The notes beneath the pieces are model-generated. The model was not told the DNA's origin and did not search any database. It saw nothing but the letters and a program-made list of their open reading frames with translations. Shown piece after piece: positions 8,629 to 18,043 of a stretch of 64,000 nucleotides of DNA. The position numbers were made by a program, and so were the translations under genes. The stretch lies in IMG/VR virus record IMGVR_UViG_3300036790_000049, positions 885 to 64,884 of that record. One strand, written 5' to 3'. This stretch comes from a virus. Positions within the stretch are counted from its first letter, which is position 1, and each line of letters begins with the position of its first letter.

Positions 8629-8967
8629 TTACGGCTCGAAGATCGTGCACTTGAGGGTGGTCGCGCTGGTCTTGAACGACGCCACCCTGCCGAACGTGGC
8701 CACGTCCCGGCGCCCTATCCACTTGATCGCGGACGCTGCCAGAGAGAATGTCTCGCCGGTCACGGCGAGGTTCTCGGGGCCGACAGTCGTGTCCTCCGGG
8801 AAGAACTCGACCGTCGCGGTCGATCCGCCAGTGTTGTTGAACCGGAAGAACGTCACACCGGAGTTGGTGAACGAGTTTCCGTTGGTCGCGTCGGTAACGG
8901 CGTCGGTCGGGTCAGTGAGCGGGGTGTCGCTCAACTGGTTCGACGCCATAGGCGTCGGTGCAGTCAT
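8629..8967 (-). CDS. putative capsid-decoration-like protein
   Basis: GGAGG RBS; D...GNSFTNSG..FFRF.N.G....TV pattern that I recall in small genes next to actinophage capsid genes. Confidence 0.55.
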   Translation of the reverse strand: MTAPTPMASNQLSDTPLTDPTDAVTDATNGNSFTNSGVTFFRFNNTGGSTATVEFFPEDTTVGPENLAVTGETFSLAASAIKWIGRRDVATFGRVASFKTSATTLKCTIFEP

Positions 8968-9024
8968 AGGCGTTTGCCTCCAGATTGAGGGGCAGATTCG
9001 CCCCGTGACGTTGCGCTCGCGATC

Positions 9025-9981
9025 CTACCGCACGTCGGCTGCGGTGACTACCTGCGCGAGGTAATCCCAATCTGCCTCTGGATGAACTGGACGCCCTTCC
9101 GCGTCCCGTTCCCACGGGTCTATTACTGCCCTCTCCCCGGCAAGTACGTCGTACATCTCCCTAGCCATCTCGTCTAGGGCAGAGTAGGTGCGATCCAAGC
9201 GCTCGTCACGCGCGATGGCCACCGACGAATCCTCGCCTAGCAGGTCGTACAGCGCCATGAGATCCGTATCCGTGAAATACGTGTGATCGCCAGAACTGGC
9301 TTCCGCTTCAGCCTCCGCAGTGACCTCGTACGGGTCCGGGGTCTGCATGTCGATGAGATCCTCAGAGATCACCGGGTAAGTCAGCGACTTGCGCGCATGT
9401 TCCGCGTGATCGGCCATTACCCTGGTCATTGTGTCTTCCAGAGAATGGTTTCCGTCCGTTCCGGCATATTCGGTGATCGCGGCGAATGTTCCAGTATCGG
9501 CACCGCCGTCATCTATCTCGTCCGCGTACGCGTCGAACTCTTCGGTACCGTAACCTACTGGTACATCTATCACAGTCCCGAAGTTGTCCCGAACGCGATA
9601 CGGCGGGATCGGTTGTAGCGCATCAGAGACTGGTTCGAGCGCCGTCTCCTCGGAACGTAGTGCTCGATGTGATCCATCGGCGGACGGCTGCGCCGGATCG
9701 CGACTATCGCTGACTCTTCTGCCCAGCGCGGCGATCCTGGCTTTAGCGCTCGCGCTCCCCGTGTCGCCGCGATGCCGTCCATGAACCCTCCCTAGCTCGT
9801 TCACTCCATTTTCCAGAACCGCGTCGAACCCTGCGGTTATTTCTGCCTCGCCCATTCCAGTAAAGGCTGTATCGCCCCACTTCTCGTTATGCCGCATCCT
9901 CCAGAATCCGTATACGGAGAGGACTGCTAGCGCCAGCAGCAGAACGCCGCCGATAACCATTAGCTTGCCTGCGAGGTCCAT
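9025..9981 (-). CDS. membrane-anchored acidic hypothetical protein
   Basis: N-terminal TM helix, Asp/Glu-rich body; GAAGGGA RBS. Confidence 0.65.
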   Translation of the reverse strand: MDLAGKLMVIGGVLLLALAVLSVYGFWRMRHNEKWGDTAFTGMGEAEITAGFDAVLENGVNELGRVHGRHRGDTGSASAKARIAALGRRVSDSRDPAQPSADGSHRALRSEETALEPVSDALQPIPPYRVRDNFGTVIDVPVGYGTEEFDAYADEIDDGGADTGTFAAITEYAGTDGNHSLEDTMTRVMADHAEHARKSLTYPVISEDLIDMQTPDPYEVTAEAEAEASSGDHTYFTDTDLMALYDLLGEDSSVAIARDERLDRTYSALDEMAREMYDVLAGERAVIDPWERDAEGRPVHPEADWDYLAQVVTAADVR

Positions 9982-10029
9982 CAGTGCCCATCCCTTCAGT
10001 TTCTCGCTTACGTAACCTAATCGTAACAC

Positions 10030-10208
10030 GCCGACGACGTGACTACGTGAATACGGATAAACGCAAATTAGCGGCTCGGTACGTATAGCTCTTACGTAAT
10101 CACCCCTTTTACTGGCACATAAGACTGGTGTATTGTATGTGTATCTCGCACATACGTAATATATATAATGTATCCGTATTCACGTATTCAAATATATATA
10201 TTCGCAGG
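10030..10208. promoter_or_regulatory. AT-rich putative replication origin
   Basis: Non-coding, ATATATAT tracts and repeated TACGT(A) immediately 3' of the primase-helicase gene. Confidence 0.55.
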
Positions 10209-12767
10209 TCAGAGGCCATTTCCTGGTGAATACACATCTAGTTTTATGCCGTAACGCATCCGTATTGTCGTTCTGCCCGATTTTGTCGACTGGTCTGGAC
10301 TATCAATAGATTTGGGCTTTGTGCTGGTCTCGGTGCGCTCGTTGACTTCACGTCCAAATACAACAGCGTTCTGCGGATCACCGTGCTTTCCAGCCTCATC
10401 CCACCAGTTACGATACTCCCGGTATAGCTCTGCAACCTCAACCGAGAAGCCTTCCCCGAGTGTGCACATCTCCTGAATAAACTGGTCTACTGGCGACATT
10501 GAGTCGTGGATTTCGGCTGTTATATTGCGCACGTCGTACGGTGCACCCTCTAGTCCGAGCTTCGCGTATAGTTCCCACCCGTGCACGAGCCACGCGAGCA
10601 CCGCACGGTAGTAATCGGGTGTGATCTTGCGCACGAGGTAGATATCGTCAGCCGCGCGTTCTATCTGCGTCACGAACGGAATTCCGGTGACACGGCGCTT
10701 TACCGCACGGTCAGCATGCTTGATCTCGGGCCACTCATTGGTGCACAGCACGGGAGTAAATGCTGGTATGCGTTCTGCGTACTCATTGCTGCGCATCCCG
10801 CGCGCCTCAATACGTCCTCCCGACGTCATAGCCTTGATCACGTCGGCGTGCAGATTCCACTCGGAACTGCCCTCTTCGGCTACTATGAGCCGCCTAGGCA
10901 TGGCCTTGAGGATGTCGGGGCGCGGCGCGTCATCGCGCTTGGTGCGGAACATCGAAAGCTGGAATGGCCCGGACAGTTCGGCACCAAGCGCATTCATGAT
11001 GATGTTGGTAAACGTGGTCTTGCCGGTGGACGTCGGCCCGGTGATAAAGAACAGCATCCGGTCGGGATTTCCGCCGAGCATGCAGTATCCCATCACACGC
11101 TGGAGATATTCCCGGTTCTCGCGCTTCGGCATCACGTCCTCTAGAAAGATATCCCAGTTAACATTCGTAGCGTCCGGATCGTAGTCGTGCGGTACCGCCA
11201 GCCTGCACATATCGCTACTGCGGTGCTCGCGGAACACTGCACCCCGGTCGCCCATCACGAGCGTGCCGTTCTTGAACGTCAGAACATCAGGATTGGCATC
11301 CATCTTCCCGATAGACACGGACATGCCCGTGATCTTGGCCGCGAGCCCGAGCGTTTCCCGGATCTTGGACGCGTTGAGCCCGTTCACCGCGAACGAGTGC
11401 ATGGCCTGCTGTGCTTTTTCATCAGTAATGCAGTCTGCCGACTTATGGAACTCCGCCGCCAGTTGGCGAAGCGCCCGCAGTGCCGCATCCTCATCGGCCG
11501 ACCAGACTCCCCGCTTAGCGTCCCAGTGTATCCACTGCTGCGTTTCCCGGACGTACAGCAGGCGTCCTTTGTTCAGCGCCGAGAACACGCGTGCGCGGGT
11601 ATCATCAGCGCGATCTAGCTCATGCAGTGCTACGACGTACTCTGGACCCACCTTAAGTTTCGCCAGCACACCCTTTAGCCACGGTATCCGGTCGGCACCG
11701 CGCCCGGTAGTCGGGTCACACGTGCATGTGAGCAGGATTCCCCCGGATTTCCCCTCGGTAATCGAGAAGCTGGGGTTGTTGTCCTCGTGCGTGCCGAGCG
11801 GACACGAAATGTGCACCTTCCCGGAAACGATCTCCGCCGTAGCGTCTGGCCGCACGGCCCTGACCGCCCGCACGAGCGCCGCCACCCTTGGTGAGACCCC
11901 TTCGGCACCCGTGGTGTCCGTCGCCTCCCACGCAGCGCGTGAGCGCGTTCCGGACCCTCCCACTCCCACTCCTGCCTCAGAGCCCGAACCCGGCACGACA
12001 TCGGGAAACGCTGCGTCGGTGTCGGGAAGCTGGGACTTGAGATCCTCGTACTCGACTGTCTCACACTGGCGCAGAGAACCGCCTTGCGCGAACAGGTCGC
12101 TCAAGTCGTTGACCCCGAACCACGGGGAGTCTGCCTCGTCCTCGGTTTGCAGCCATTCACCGGGGAGAGCCCGGATGACGATCCTGGATACCCCTAGGTT
12201 CTCCAGTTCGTCATACCGGGCAAGGACGTTGCGGATGCCGGTCAGATCCCGGTCGTAGTAGAGGCGGAACTCGCATTCTGCTCCTACCAGCAACAGTCGT
12301 TGACCTTCCGTCAGGGTTGAGGTGCGAGCCTCTCCCTGATGCACGGTGGTCGCGACGACATTGCCCCCGAGCTTGTCTGCATACCGCTGCGCGCAGTCTG
12401 CGTCCTTCTCCCCAGCGCACCAGAGTACGAGCCCGTGTGGATCACCTAGGACGGGCACGAGGTCTGGCATGTTCCACATGAGGTTGTCGGCAGCGGCGGG
12501 AATCTTGTGGCACCACCCTCCAGCAGCTAGCTTAGACCCTTCATGCTCCGGACAGAATGGCGTTGTCCGGTCTTCCTTCGGCACCTTGTGGCGATATGCC
12601 CACCGGTTCTCCGCGAACTTGGCGTGCACGAAAACCAGGTGGCCTTCTGCATCCGTCCACTTGTGTTCGCGCGGCTTGAACCCAGAACGTACGGAACCTC
12701 CGGAACTAACCGGAGATTGCCCCCGATCGGTTGCGTGAGCCGAGCTTTCCGGTGTACTATCGTTCAC
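10209..12767 (-). CDS. primase-helicase (Toprim-like + Zn-binding + D5/P4-family SF3 helicase)
   Basis: Walker A GPTSTGKT, Walker B LIVAEE, D5_N NPDVLTFKNG, motif C TPVLCTN; N-terminal AGEKDAD and YDRD; CPLGTHEDNNPS Zn motif. Confidence 0.85.
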   Translation of the reverse strand: MNDSTPESSAHATDRGQSPVSSGGSVRSGFKPREHKWTDAEGHLVFVHAKFAENRWAYRHKVPKEDRTTPFCPEHEGSKLAAGGWCHKIPAAADNLMWNMPDLVPVLGDPHGLVLWCAGEKDADCAQRYADKLGGNVVATTVHQGEARTSTLTEGQRLLLVGAECEFRLYYDRDLTGIRNVLARYDELENLGVSRIVIRALPGEWLQTEDEADSPWFGVNDLSDLFAQGGSLRQCETVEYEDLKSQLPDTDAAFPDVVPGSGSEAGVGVGGSGTRSRAAWEATDTTGAEGVSPRVAALVRAVRAVRPDATAEIVSGKVHISCPLGTHEDNNPSFSITEGKSGGILLTCTCDPTTGRGADRIPWLKGVLAKLKVGPEYVVALHELDRADDTRARVFSALNKGRLLYVRETQQWIHWDAKRGVWSADEDAALRALRQLAAEFHKSADCITDEKAQQAMHSFAVNGLNASKIRETLGLAAKITGMSVSIGKMDANPDVLTFKNGTLVMGDRGAVFREHRSSDMCRLAVPHDYDPDATNVNWDIFLEDVMPKRENREYLQRVMGYCMLGGNPDRMLFFITGPTSTGKTTFTNIIMNALGAELSGPFQLSMFRTKRDDAPRPDILKAMPRRLIVAEEGSSEWNLHADVIKAMTSGGRIEARGMRSNEYAERIPAFTPVLCTNEWPEIKHADRAVKRRVTGIPFVTQIERAADDIYLVRKITPDYYRAVLAWLVHGWELYAKLGLEGAPYDVRNITAEIHDSMSPVDQFIQEMCTLGEGFSVEVAELYREYRNWWDEAGKHGDPQNAVVFGREVNERTETSTKPKSIDSPDQSTKSGRTTIRMRYGIKLDVYSPGNGL

Positions 12768-12794
12768 GTTATCTACCTCCGATTGATGACGCCG

Positions 12795-12838
12795 GAAGGC
12801 CCGCGATAAACTGGTTGCCCAGCCAGCGCGGGCCTTTC
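12795..12838. terminator. hairpin between the resolvase and primase genes
   Basis: GAAGGCCCGCG ... CGCGGGCCTTTC inverted repeat. Confidence 0.45.
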
Positions 12839-12869
12839 GTGTCTCTCGGCCTAATCCGTACTGTTTCCC

Positions 12870-13457
12870 TCATCGCGCGGGTTCGCCCCACGCGAGGTCT
12901 CGCATGCTTTCCTTCTCTGAGCATCTCCGCAGCAGGGTCACGGCGTGGCGGAGCGCATCCCTCGCGTGCTCCGAGCCGGGCACGTACAGTCCCCACCGGT
13001 CTAGTCTCTGATCTGTCACAATGCGCTTGGCGGTCGCTGGCTGCTGAAAAAACAACTGGTGCAGTCCCGAATCGGCATCCCACGCACGCAGGTCGGATTT
13101 GATCTTCTCAATCATGCGTACTGGGCTGAGCAGGGAAGCGTCCATAGAGAATTTGCGCAGCACGAATGACTCGACCACAACAGGTATTTTCCAGTGGGAC
13201 GTATCCGCGAACGCAGCGACAAGGCCGGATATCGACGCGGCCTGAGCCTCTTCTGGACCGGTGAACTGCTCGTAGCGGTGCACCTTTATTCCCGCGTACG
13301 GATCGCCGTCGTACATCGTCCCCCACGGCACAGAGACAACCACGAGCCCTGTCGTGCCGCCGGGGTCTACCCCGATGACGGGCAGGTCTATCGGGCTGTA
13401 CGGTGGCAGTGCGAGCCGTGAGGCTGCCGTACCGCGTGTGCTGCCCCGCCTAGCCAC
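12870..13457 (-). CDS. RuvC-like Holliday junction resolvase
   Basis: VIGVDPGGTTG, VVVESF, QQPATAK, HARDALRHA. Confidence 0.8.
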   Translation of the reverse strand: MARRGSTRGTAASRLALPPYSPIDLPVIGVDPGGTTGLVVVSVPWGTMYDGDPYAGIKVHRYEQFTGPEEAQAASISGLVAAFADTSHWKIPVVVESFVLRKFSMDASLLSPVRMIEKIKSDLRAWDADSGLHQLFFQQPATAKRIVTDQRLDRWGLYVPGSEHARDALRHAVTLLRRCSEKESMRDLAWGEPAR

Positions 13458-13647
13458 AGTTGGCCGCGACAGAGCGCGCGATCAGGTCCACGTGCATGGC
13501 CATCGCGTAGAAGTACATCTTGATATAGAGAACCAGCCACGGCGCAAACCACAGCCGCATTATCCGTGCGATCGATTCCCACCCCGCGCCGATTGCGATA
13601 AGTGCAATCCTGAACTCTTGCAGTCCAATTCCCGTTCCCGTTCCCAT
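13450..13647 (-). CDS. small hydrophobic hypothetical protein
   Basis: GGGGAGG RBS before ATG 13647. Confidence 0.5.
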   Translation of the reverse strand: MGTGTGIGLQEFRIALIAIGAGWESIARIMRLWFAPWLVLYIKMYFYAMAMHVDLIARSVAANCG

Positions 13648-13697
13648 TAATACCAGCCTCCCCTTTACGGATGCGGCGGATGAAGATGAAGATGACA

Positions 13698-13731
13698 GAG
13701 GACGCCCGCGTTGCAGGCCACGGGCGTCCTC
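13698..13731 (-). terminator. terminator-like hairpin
   Basis: GAGGACGCCCG ... CGGGCGTCCTC 11-bp stem, ~30 nt after stop 13761. Confidence 0.55.
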
Positions 13732-13760
13732 GCCTTGCGATACTAGCACGTCAAGCGCGG

Positions 13761-14321
13761 TTACATTCCGCTCGGGTCCGGCCGTCCGAAACCGTTCTGC
13801 GAGGGAGGGTAGGTACCGGCAATGCGCCGTTCGCGACCAAGAGTAAACTGGTCCTCCGGACGGCGAGGATCACGGCGCGGCAGCACTTGCCGGGGCGCGA
13901 CGATGCGTTCCGGAAGTTCCGGAGGTACCGAGTACGGACGCGGACGCTGTGGACGCTGCCGTGGCGGACGGGCACCGTTCACCGTAACAGTTCGCGGCTG
14001 GGCAAGCTCGGTAGGAATGATCATGCAGCTTTCGGTGTGCGCGTGTCCCGGCTCGTCGGCCGACAGGCAGGTCATGCCATCGCCGGGGTCAGCGATCTGT
14101 GCTGGAGCGTAGAGCGCCGGAACATTCTCGGGCCGTCCCCGGATCTGCCCGAGTGTCCACGAGCCACGTACCGTCTGGTCTCTGACCGCACGGCACTTTC
14201 CGCAGAACCACAGCACGGTCGTGATGATCACCGTGTCTTGTGTCCTCTGATCGGTGAGCACGCCGGGCTGAACTCCCACGGCGATCCGGAACTTGTCGCG
14301 GCATCCGCACAAAGGCTGCAT
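13761..14321 (-). CDS. hypothetical protein (Cys pairs, Pro/Arg-rich tail)
   Basis: GGGAGG RBS before ATG. Confidence 0.55.
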   Translation of the reverse strand: MQPLCGCRDKFRIAVGVQPGVLTDQRTQDTVIITTVLWFCGKCRAVRDQTVRGSWTLGQIRGRPENVPALYAPAQIADPGDGMTCLSADEPGHAHTESCMIIPTELAQPRTVTVNGARPPRQRPQRPRPYSVPPELPERIVAPRQVLPRRDPRRPEDQFTLGRERRIAGTYPPSQNGFGRPDPSGM

Positions 14322-14324
14322 ATC

Positions 14325-15047
14325 CTAGTCCTCCCTTTCCTGCTCGTCCAAATCTGAACCTTCTGGAATATCGTCACCCTCGGCCATCCATTCCATCCAT
14401 TCCTGGAGCTTTACGCCTTTCTCGCCCTCGTACGGGCCACCGAACCCGAATAGCGCGCGGATCTGCTCGGTATTCAGGAATTGCGCCTCGTCAAACGTGA
14501 GGGTGACGGATGCTGGAACTTCACCGAATCCGGCTTTGCGCACGTGCTCGGTCAAGGCCGGGGCCGACATCTCGTGTGCCTGGAATATAATTCCCCACTT
14601 ATGCGGGCTGGCTAGTGCCTCGTCTATCTGCTCACGGGTCCACGTCTGTCCCGGACGGCCACCGCCGAGTATCGCGTAGCACCACTCCTCTATTTCCCAC
14701 TCCCGGTCTTCTGCCGTCGCGTAACTGGCTTCCGGACGGTATATAGCATGACCGCAGGGACTGGTCTCCTGCGTGAGCACGTAGTAATCGCTATTGTCCG
14801 ATAGGGAACTAGGAAATCTATGGTCAGCGAGCGCCGAAAACGGGTTGGCAACCCTAATGGGAACGAGCAGGTTGTCAGGCCATCCCCCACCCTTCCGGGG
14901 GAATTCCACGCGGTTGAGTATCTGGAGATGACATTTGCCGCCGAGACACACCGCGTTAGCGGGTGCCCCAACGGCAAAGGGGTCATCCCCGCCAAACATC
15001 GCTGTCATATCGAGAGCGGGGTTTTCGTCGTTCTCTGGGTCAATCAC
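14325..15047 (-). CDS. hypothetical protein
   Basis: 240 aa ORF filling the operon. Confidence 0.65.
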   Translation of the reverse strand: MIDPENDENPALDMTAMFGGDDPFAVGAPANAVCLGGKCHLQILNRVEFPRKGGGWPDNLLVPIRVANPFSALADHRFPSSLSDNSDYYVLTQETSPCGHAIYRPEASYATAEDREWEIEEWCYAILGGGRPGQTWTREQIDEALASPHKWGIIFQAHEMSAPALTEHVRKAGFGEVPASVTLTFDEAQFLNTEQIRALFGFGGPYEGEKGVKLQEWMEWMAEGDDIPEGSDLDEQERED

Positions 15048-15059
15048 AGTGTCGTTACC

Positions 15060-15731
15060 CTACTCCCCGACGCCGCAATACTGCGCGAGCGCGTGTGATG
15101 TTTCTGCCTGGTACGTCTTGACCATCGAGTTCATGTCGTGCACGTCCCCGGCCTGCGCCGCGAGATCCGCGTTGGCGAATTCGATCTTGAGCACGGCAAC
15201 CTCGCTAGCGAAGTTGGCACCCGGAGCCTCATCGCCAACCGCCGAGAGCTTACGCGCGAGCACGGGACCGTCTGCCTGCACCGCACGCTGTGACACCACG
15301 GTCTCATCGGTGATCTCGGCAGCGTTCTGGAGTCCGTTGCACGCGCGGACATGAGCGGGCGAGCCGGTGTTTTCTGTGGCTGCCTTCGCCACCTTTGGCG
15401 ATGCCCCGGTTGCCGTAGGGGTGCCGAACGCGTTGTTCGCCGCACCGCAGCCGGACAGTGCGAGCGCGACCAGGAACACGCAGAGGCCGACGATAAGCAG
15501 CAGCAACGCCAAGCTGCCGCGAGGGGTCCGGTGCTGCACGCTGACATTCAGGGTGCTGTGGGATGGCCGCCACGCGAGCGCAGTCTCTACCGGCAGGTCC
15601 CGCCGCTCCCGGTGCAGTCTCCTGAGAGCCGCATCAACCTCCGCTTGCGGAGGGATCGGGAACTCACGGGCGAGCATCTCATCGGTGATACGGGGGATAT
15701 TCCTGGTCGTGTACGGGTCGTCGTTCTGCAT
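15060..15731 (-). CDS. putative lipoprotein / membrane-anchored exported protein
   Basis: GGGAGGTAG RBS; TM helix ending in lipobox-like LALSGC. Confidence 0.6.
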   Translation of the reverse strand: MQNDDPYTTRNIPRITDEMLAREFPIPPQAEVDAALRRLHRERRDLPVETALAWRPSHSTLNVSVQHRTPRGSLALLLLIVGLCVFLVALALSGCGAANNAFGTPTATGASPKVAKAATENTGSPAHVRACNGLQNAAEITDETVVSQRAVQADGPVLARKLSAVGDEAPGANFASEVAVLKIEFANADLAAQAGDVHDMNSMVKTYQAETSHALAQYCGVGE

Positions 15732-15773
15732 GTCACTACCTCCCTGTTCAATTACGTGCCCAGTTAATCGGTA

Positions 15774-15816
15774 CGCCGGGCCGGTGTTCCACAGCTTCCG
15801 CTTCACCGGCCCGGCG
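15774..15816 (-). terminator. hairpin
   Basis: 13-bp perfect stem CGCCGGGCCGGTG / CACCGGCCCGGCG. Confidence 0.55.
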
Positions 15817-15882
15817 CGTCCGATCCTACACGCTCCGTTTACCCTTGCGGAAGAGGGTTCCGGAGGTTCTGGATGTTCTGGT

Positions 15883-16830
15883 CTAGACGCACGCCTTCAC
15901 GCCGGACGCGAAGTAGCTGTACAGCCACTTGCCGGTCGTTCCGTTCGAGTACCCCAGTCGCAGTCCCTTCGGGAACGAGCCGCCGCGATGCGTGACGAAC
16001 GACACGGAGCCGTTTGCCCCAACTGTCAGCGAATGGCCGATGCCGAGATACTTGCCGCTGTTGAGCCGGGTTGACGCGTAGAAGGTCACGTTGCGGTCAC
16101 CCGCAGTGTCGGTGACAGTCCAGTGACGATTGGCGTAGTTGCCGCACACGTCCACGGCCGAGAGCTTGTTCGTCACCGGAGCCGGGGCACACTGGCTAAC
16201 TCCGGTGATATCGCCGCTCGTGGCCTGCGAGCCGTTGTAGGCGTCAGTCCACTGCTGGCAGTCGGCCGCGTCACTGTAGTGCCACGCCCATGTGGTGAGG
16301 TCCGGACCCGCGCCGAAAGTGACGTCGGAGCCAAAGAACTGCTCAACCCAGTCTGTCGTGCTTACGCCGCCGCCACCGGTCCACTTCGCGGGCATGTCGG
16401 CCGCATCGGGGGTGTTTGAACTGGCATCGAACGTCACGGAAGCGGTACCCGAGATCGCAGCTTGCGGACTGCCCGTAATCGGGATGGCCTGCGCCCCCGG
16501 GGAGATGGCCCCGGTCACGGCATATGCGGTTCCGGTGTCCGAGATCGTGCCCGTGTAGCTGTAGCACGACGTTGCCGTAGCGCCGCAGTCGGTCAGGGTG
16601 GCGTCAGCTTCCACGAGAGTAACGGCAGCCGTGCGCGTCATCGAGTCGTTAGCCCAGTTATCTCCGCTGTAGCCGGAATCCGGCCGGGCATGCAGTGCGG
16701 TTGACGCGCTGACGGTGGTAGCTGCGTTTGCGGCCCCGGCGACTGCCAGAGAGACAGCCCCGAAACCAGAGATCGCCGTAACGGCAGACAGCACCGCAAC
16801 GACGACCTTCCTGCTGATGAAACCGTGCAT
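15883..16830 (-). CDS. secreted beta-rich protein
   Basis: Sec signal peptide ending AANA; Thr/Ala/Gly-rich; paired Cys. Confidence 0.7.
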   Translation of the reverse strand: MHGFISRKVVVAVLSAVTAISGFGAVSLAVAGAANAATTVSASTALHARPDSGYSGDNWANDSMTRTAAVTLVEADATLTDCGATATSCYSYTGTISDTGTAYAVTGAISPGAQAIPITGSPQAAISGTASVTFDASSNTPDAADMPAKWTGGGGVSTTDWVEQFFGSDVTFGAGPDLTTWAWHYSDAADCQQWTDAYNGSQATSGDITGVSQCAPAPVTNKLSAVDVCGNYANRHWTVTDTAGDRNVTFYASTRLNSGKYLGIGHSLTVGANGSVSFVTHRGGSFPKGLRLGYSNGTTGKWLYSYFASGVKACV

Positions 16831-16867
16831 GTTCCCTCTTCCTGTTCCTAGACGATAGACACAAAAG

Positions 16868-17002
16868 CCTCGCAGGCCCGGACCCGTTGCTATCCGCCGA
16901 CTGCTACGCGATCCTGGGTTTTAGACCTGTCCGGGAAGACAAGGTACCAGCCCGACTCACAAGAGCGGCGGCCTCGGTCACGCGATATCCGGGCCTGCGA
17001 GG
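16868..17002 (-). ncRNA. candidate structured RNA bounded by a perfect 15-bp inverted repeat
   Basis: CCTCGCAGGCCCGGA (16868-16882) / TCCGGGCCTGCGAGG (16988-17002); internal hairpins; CTTTTGT follows on the minus strand. Confidence 0.4.
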
Positions 17003-17086
17003 TGTTCCGAAGGTACTCCCCTATCTCCCTTCACACAACCCTTTCGGGAAAGGTTCCGGAAGTTCTGGGAGTTCCGGTTAGTGCTG

Positions 17087-17656
17087 TTAGCCGTTCATCG
17101 TCCACTTGCCGTCGGTGGGGTAGTTGACCCCCGGACTTGAGACGACTTCCAGGAACTTGTTGGACGAGTCCCAGACGATGCCCCACGCCTTCCCGTTGCT
17201 CTCGGTTGTGGTAGCACCCTTGCTGATGATCACACCGAACGTGCCGTTGGTCGGCGCGTTGCTGAAATCCTCGTCCGTGTTGCCGTCGCCGCCGGTACAG
17301 GTCAGTTCGATCACGAACCCGGAACCCGGCTCCTCCGGAGATGCCCAGTCCAGGCACAGCTTGGAGAAGTTGTCCTGAATGTGCCAGCAGGTACCGCCGT
17401 TGCAGTTGTTGTCACCCTCGTTGATCAGGGTGTACGTCTGCGGCGTGCCGGTGGTGAATGCTGTCACGCAGCGGGCGTCTCCGCCACCAGTGCAGGAGTT
17501 GGACGTGCCCTGAACGCTCTCGGCTGCCAGCCCGACAATCGTGTAGCTGGTGGAAGCCGATGCGGGTCCGGCGACTGCCACCGCAGCACCGATACCGGCA
17601 AGCGGCACGATGAACGCGGCGGCAATGACGGCCAGCCTTCGCCTAATTCTCAGCAT
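17087..17656 (-). CDS. secreted protein, possible ricin-B/beta-trefoil lectin-like domain
   Basis: Signal peptide ending PASA; W.I.D..SKLCLD...VIELTC pattern; 6 Cys. Confidence 0.55.
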   Translation of the reverse strand: MLRIRRRLAVIAAAFIVPLAGIGAAVAVAGPASASTSYTIVGLAAESVQGTSNSCTGGGDARCVTAFTTGTPQTYTLINEGDNNCNGGTCWHIQDNFSKLCLDWASPEEPGSGFVIELTCTGGDGNTDEDFSNAPTNGTFGVIISKGATTTESNGKAWGIVWDSSNKFLEVVSSPGVNYPTDGKWTMNG

Positions 17657-17719
17657 GTAATTCCTTTCTGTTTGCCGGTCCTCGTGACCGGACGCTTGGC
17701 GATCCGACCCTAGATCCTA

Positions 17720-18043
17720 TTACTCCGGAGTGCTGCTTGCTGCCGGATGCGAAACAGGCGAGGTGGAGACGGGTGGCGAGGAAATCGGCGCACCGGCCAC
17801 CGCACCGGCAGCCGCGTTGACTTCCGCGAGCTTGGCACGCACGAGCGCATCCTTGGCCTCCAGGAGCCTGTGCAGGCCGGTGGTGAGCATCGGCGAGTCC
17901 TTGATCTCGATGATCATGTGCTCGGCCAGGTCGTGCATGTCGGTGGCGATCTCGCGCAGCGGAGACGGCAGGTGCGCCGACTCAAAGAACTGGGCGACGT
18001 GCACGACGGCCGGGTTACGGCCCTCAAGAGTTGACTTTTGCAT
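17720..18043 (-). CDS. conserved phage hypothetical protein
   Basis: QFF...HLP..LR.I...HDLA...T.GL..LLEAKD..VRA pattern familiar from phage proteins. Confidence 0.7.
   Translation of the reverse strand: MQKSTLEGRNPAVVHVAQFFESAHLPSPLREIATDMHDLAEHMIIEIKDSPMLTTGLHRLLEAKDALVRAKLAEVNAAAGAVAGAPISSPPVSTSPVSHPAASSTPE

Noticed and set aside
16868-17002. c-di-GMP-I or c-di-AMP riboswitch call for the leader element
   Set aside because: A GGTCTAA...TAGC stretch is reminiscent, but the GCAAA/GGCAAA elements and other consensus positions are missing; left as an unassigned structured RNA.
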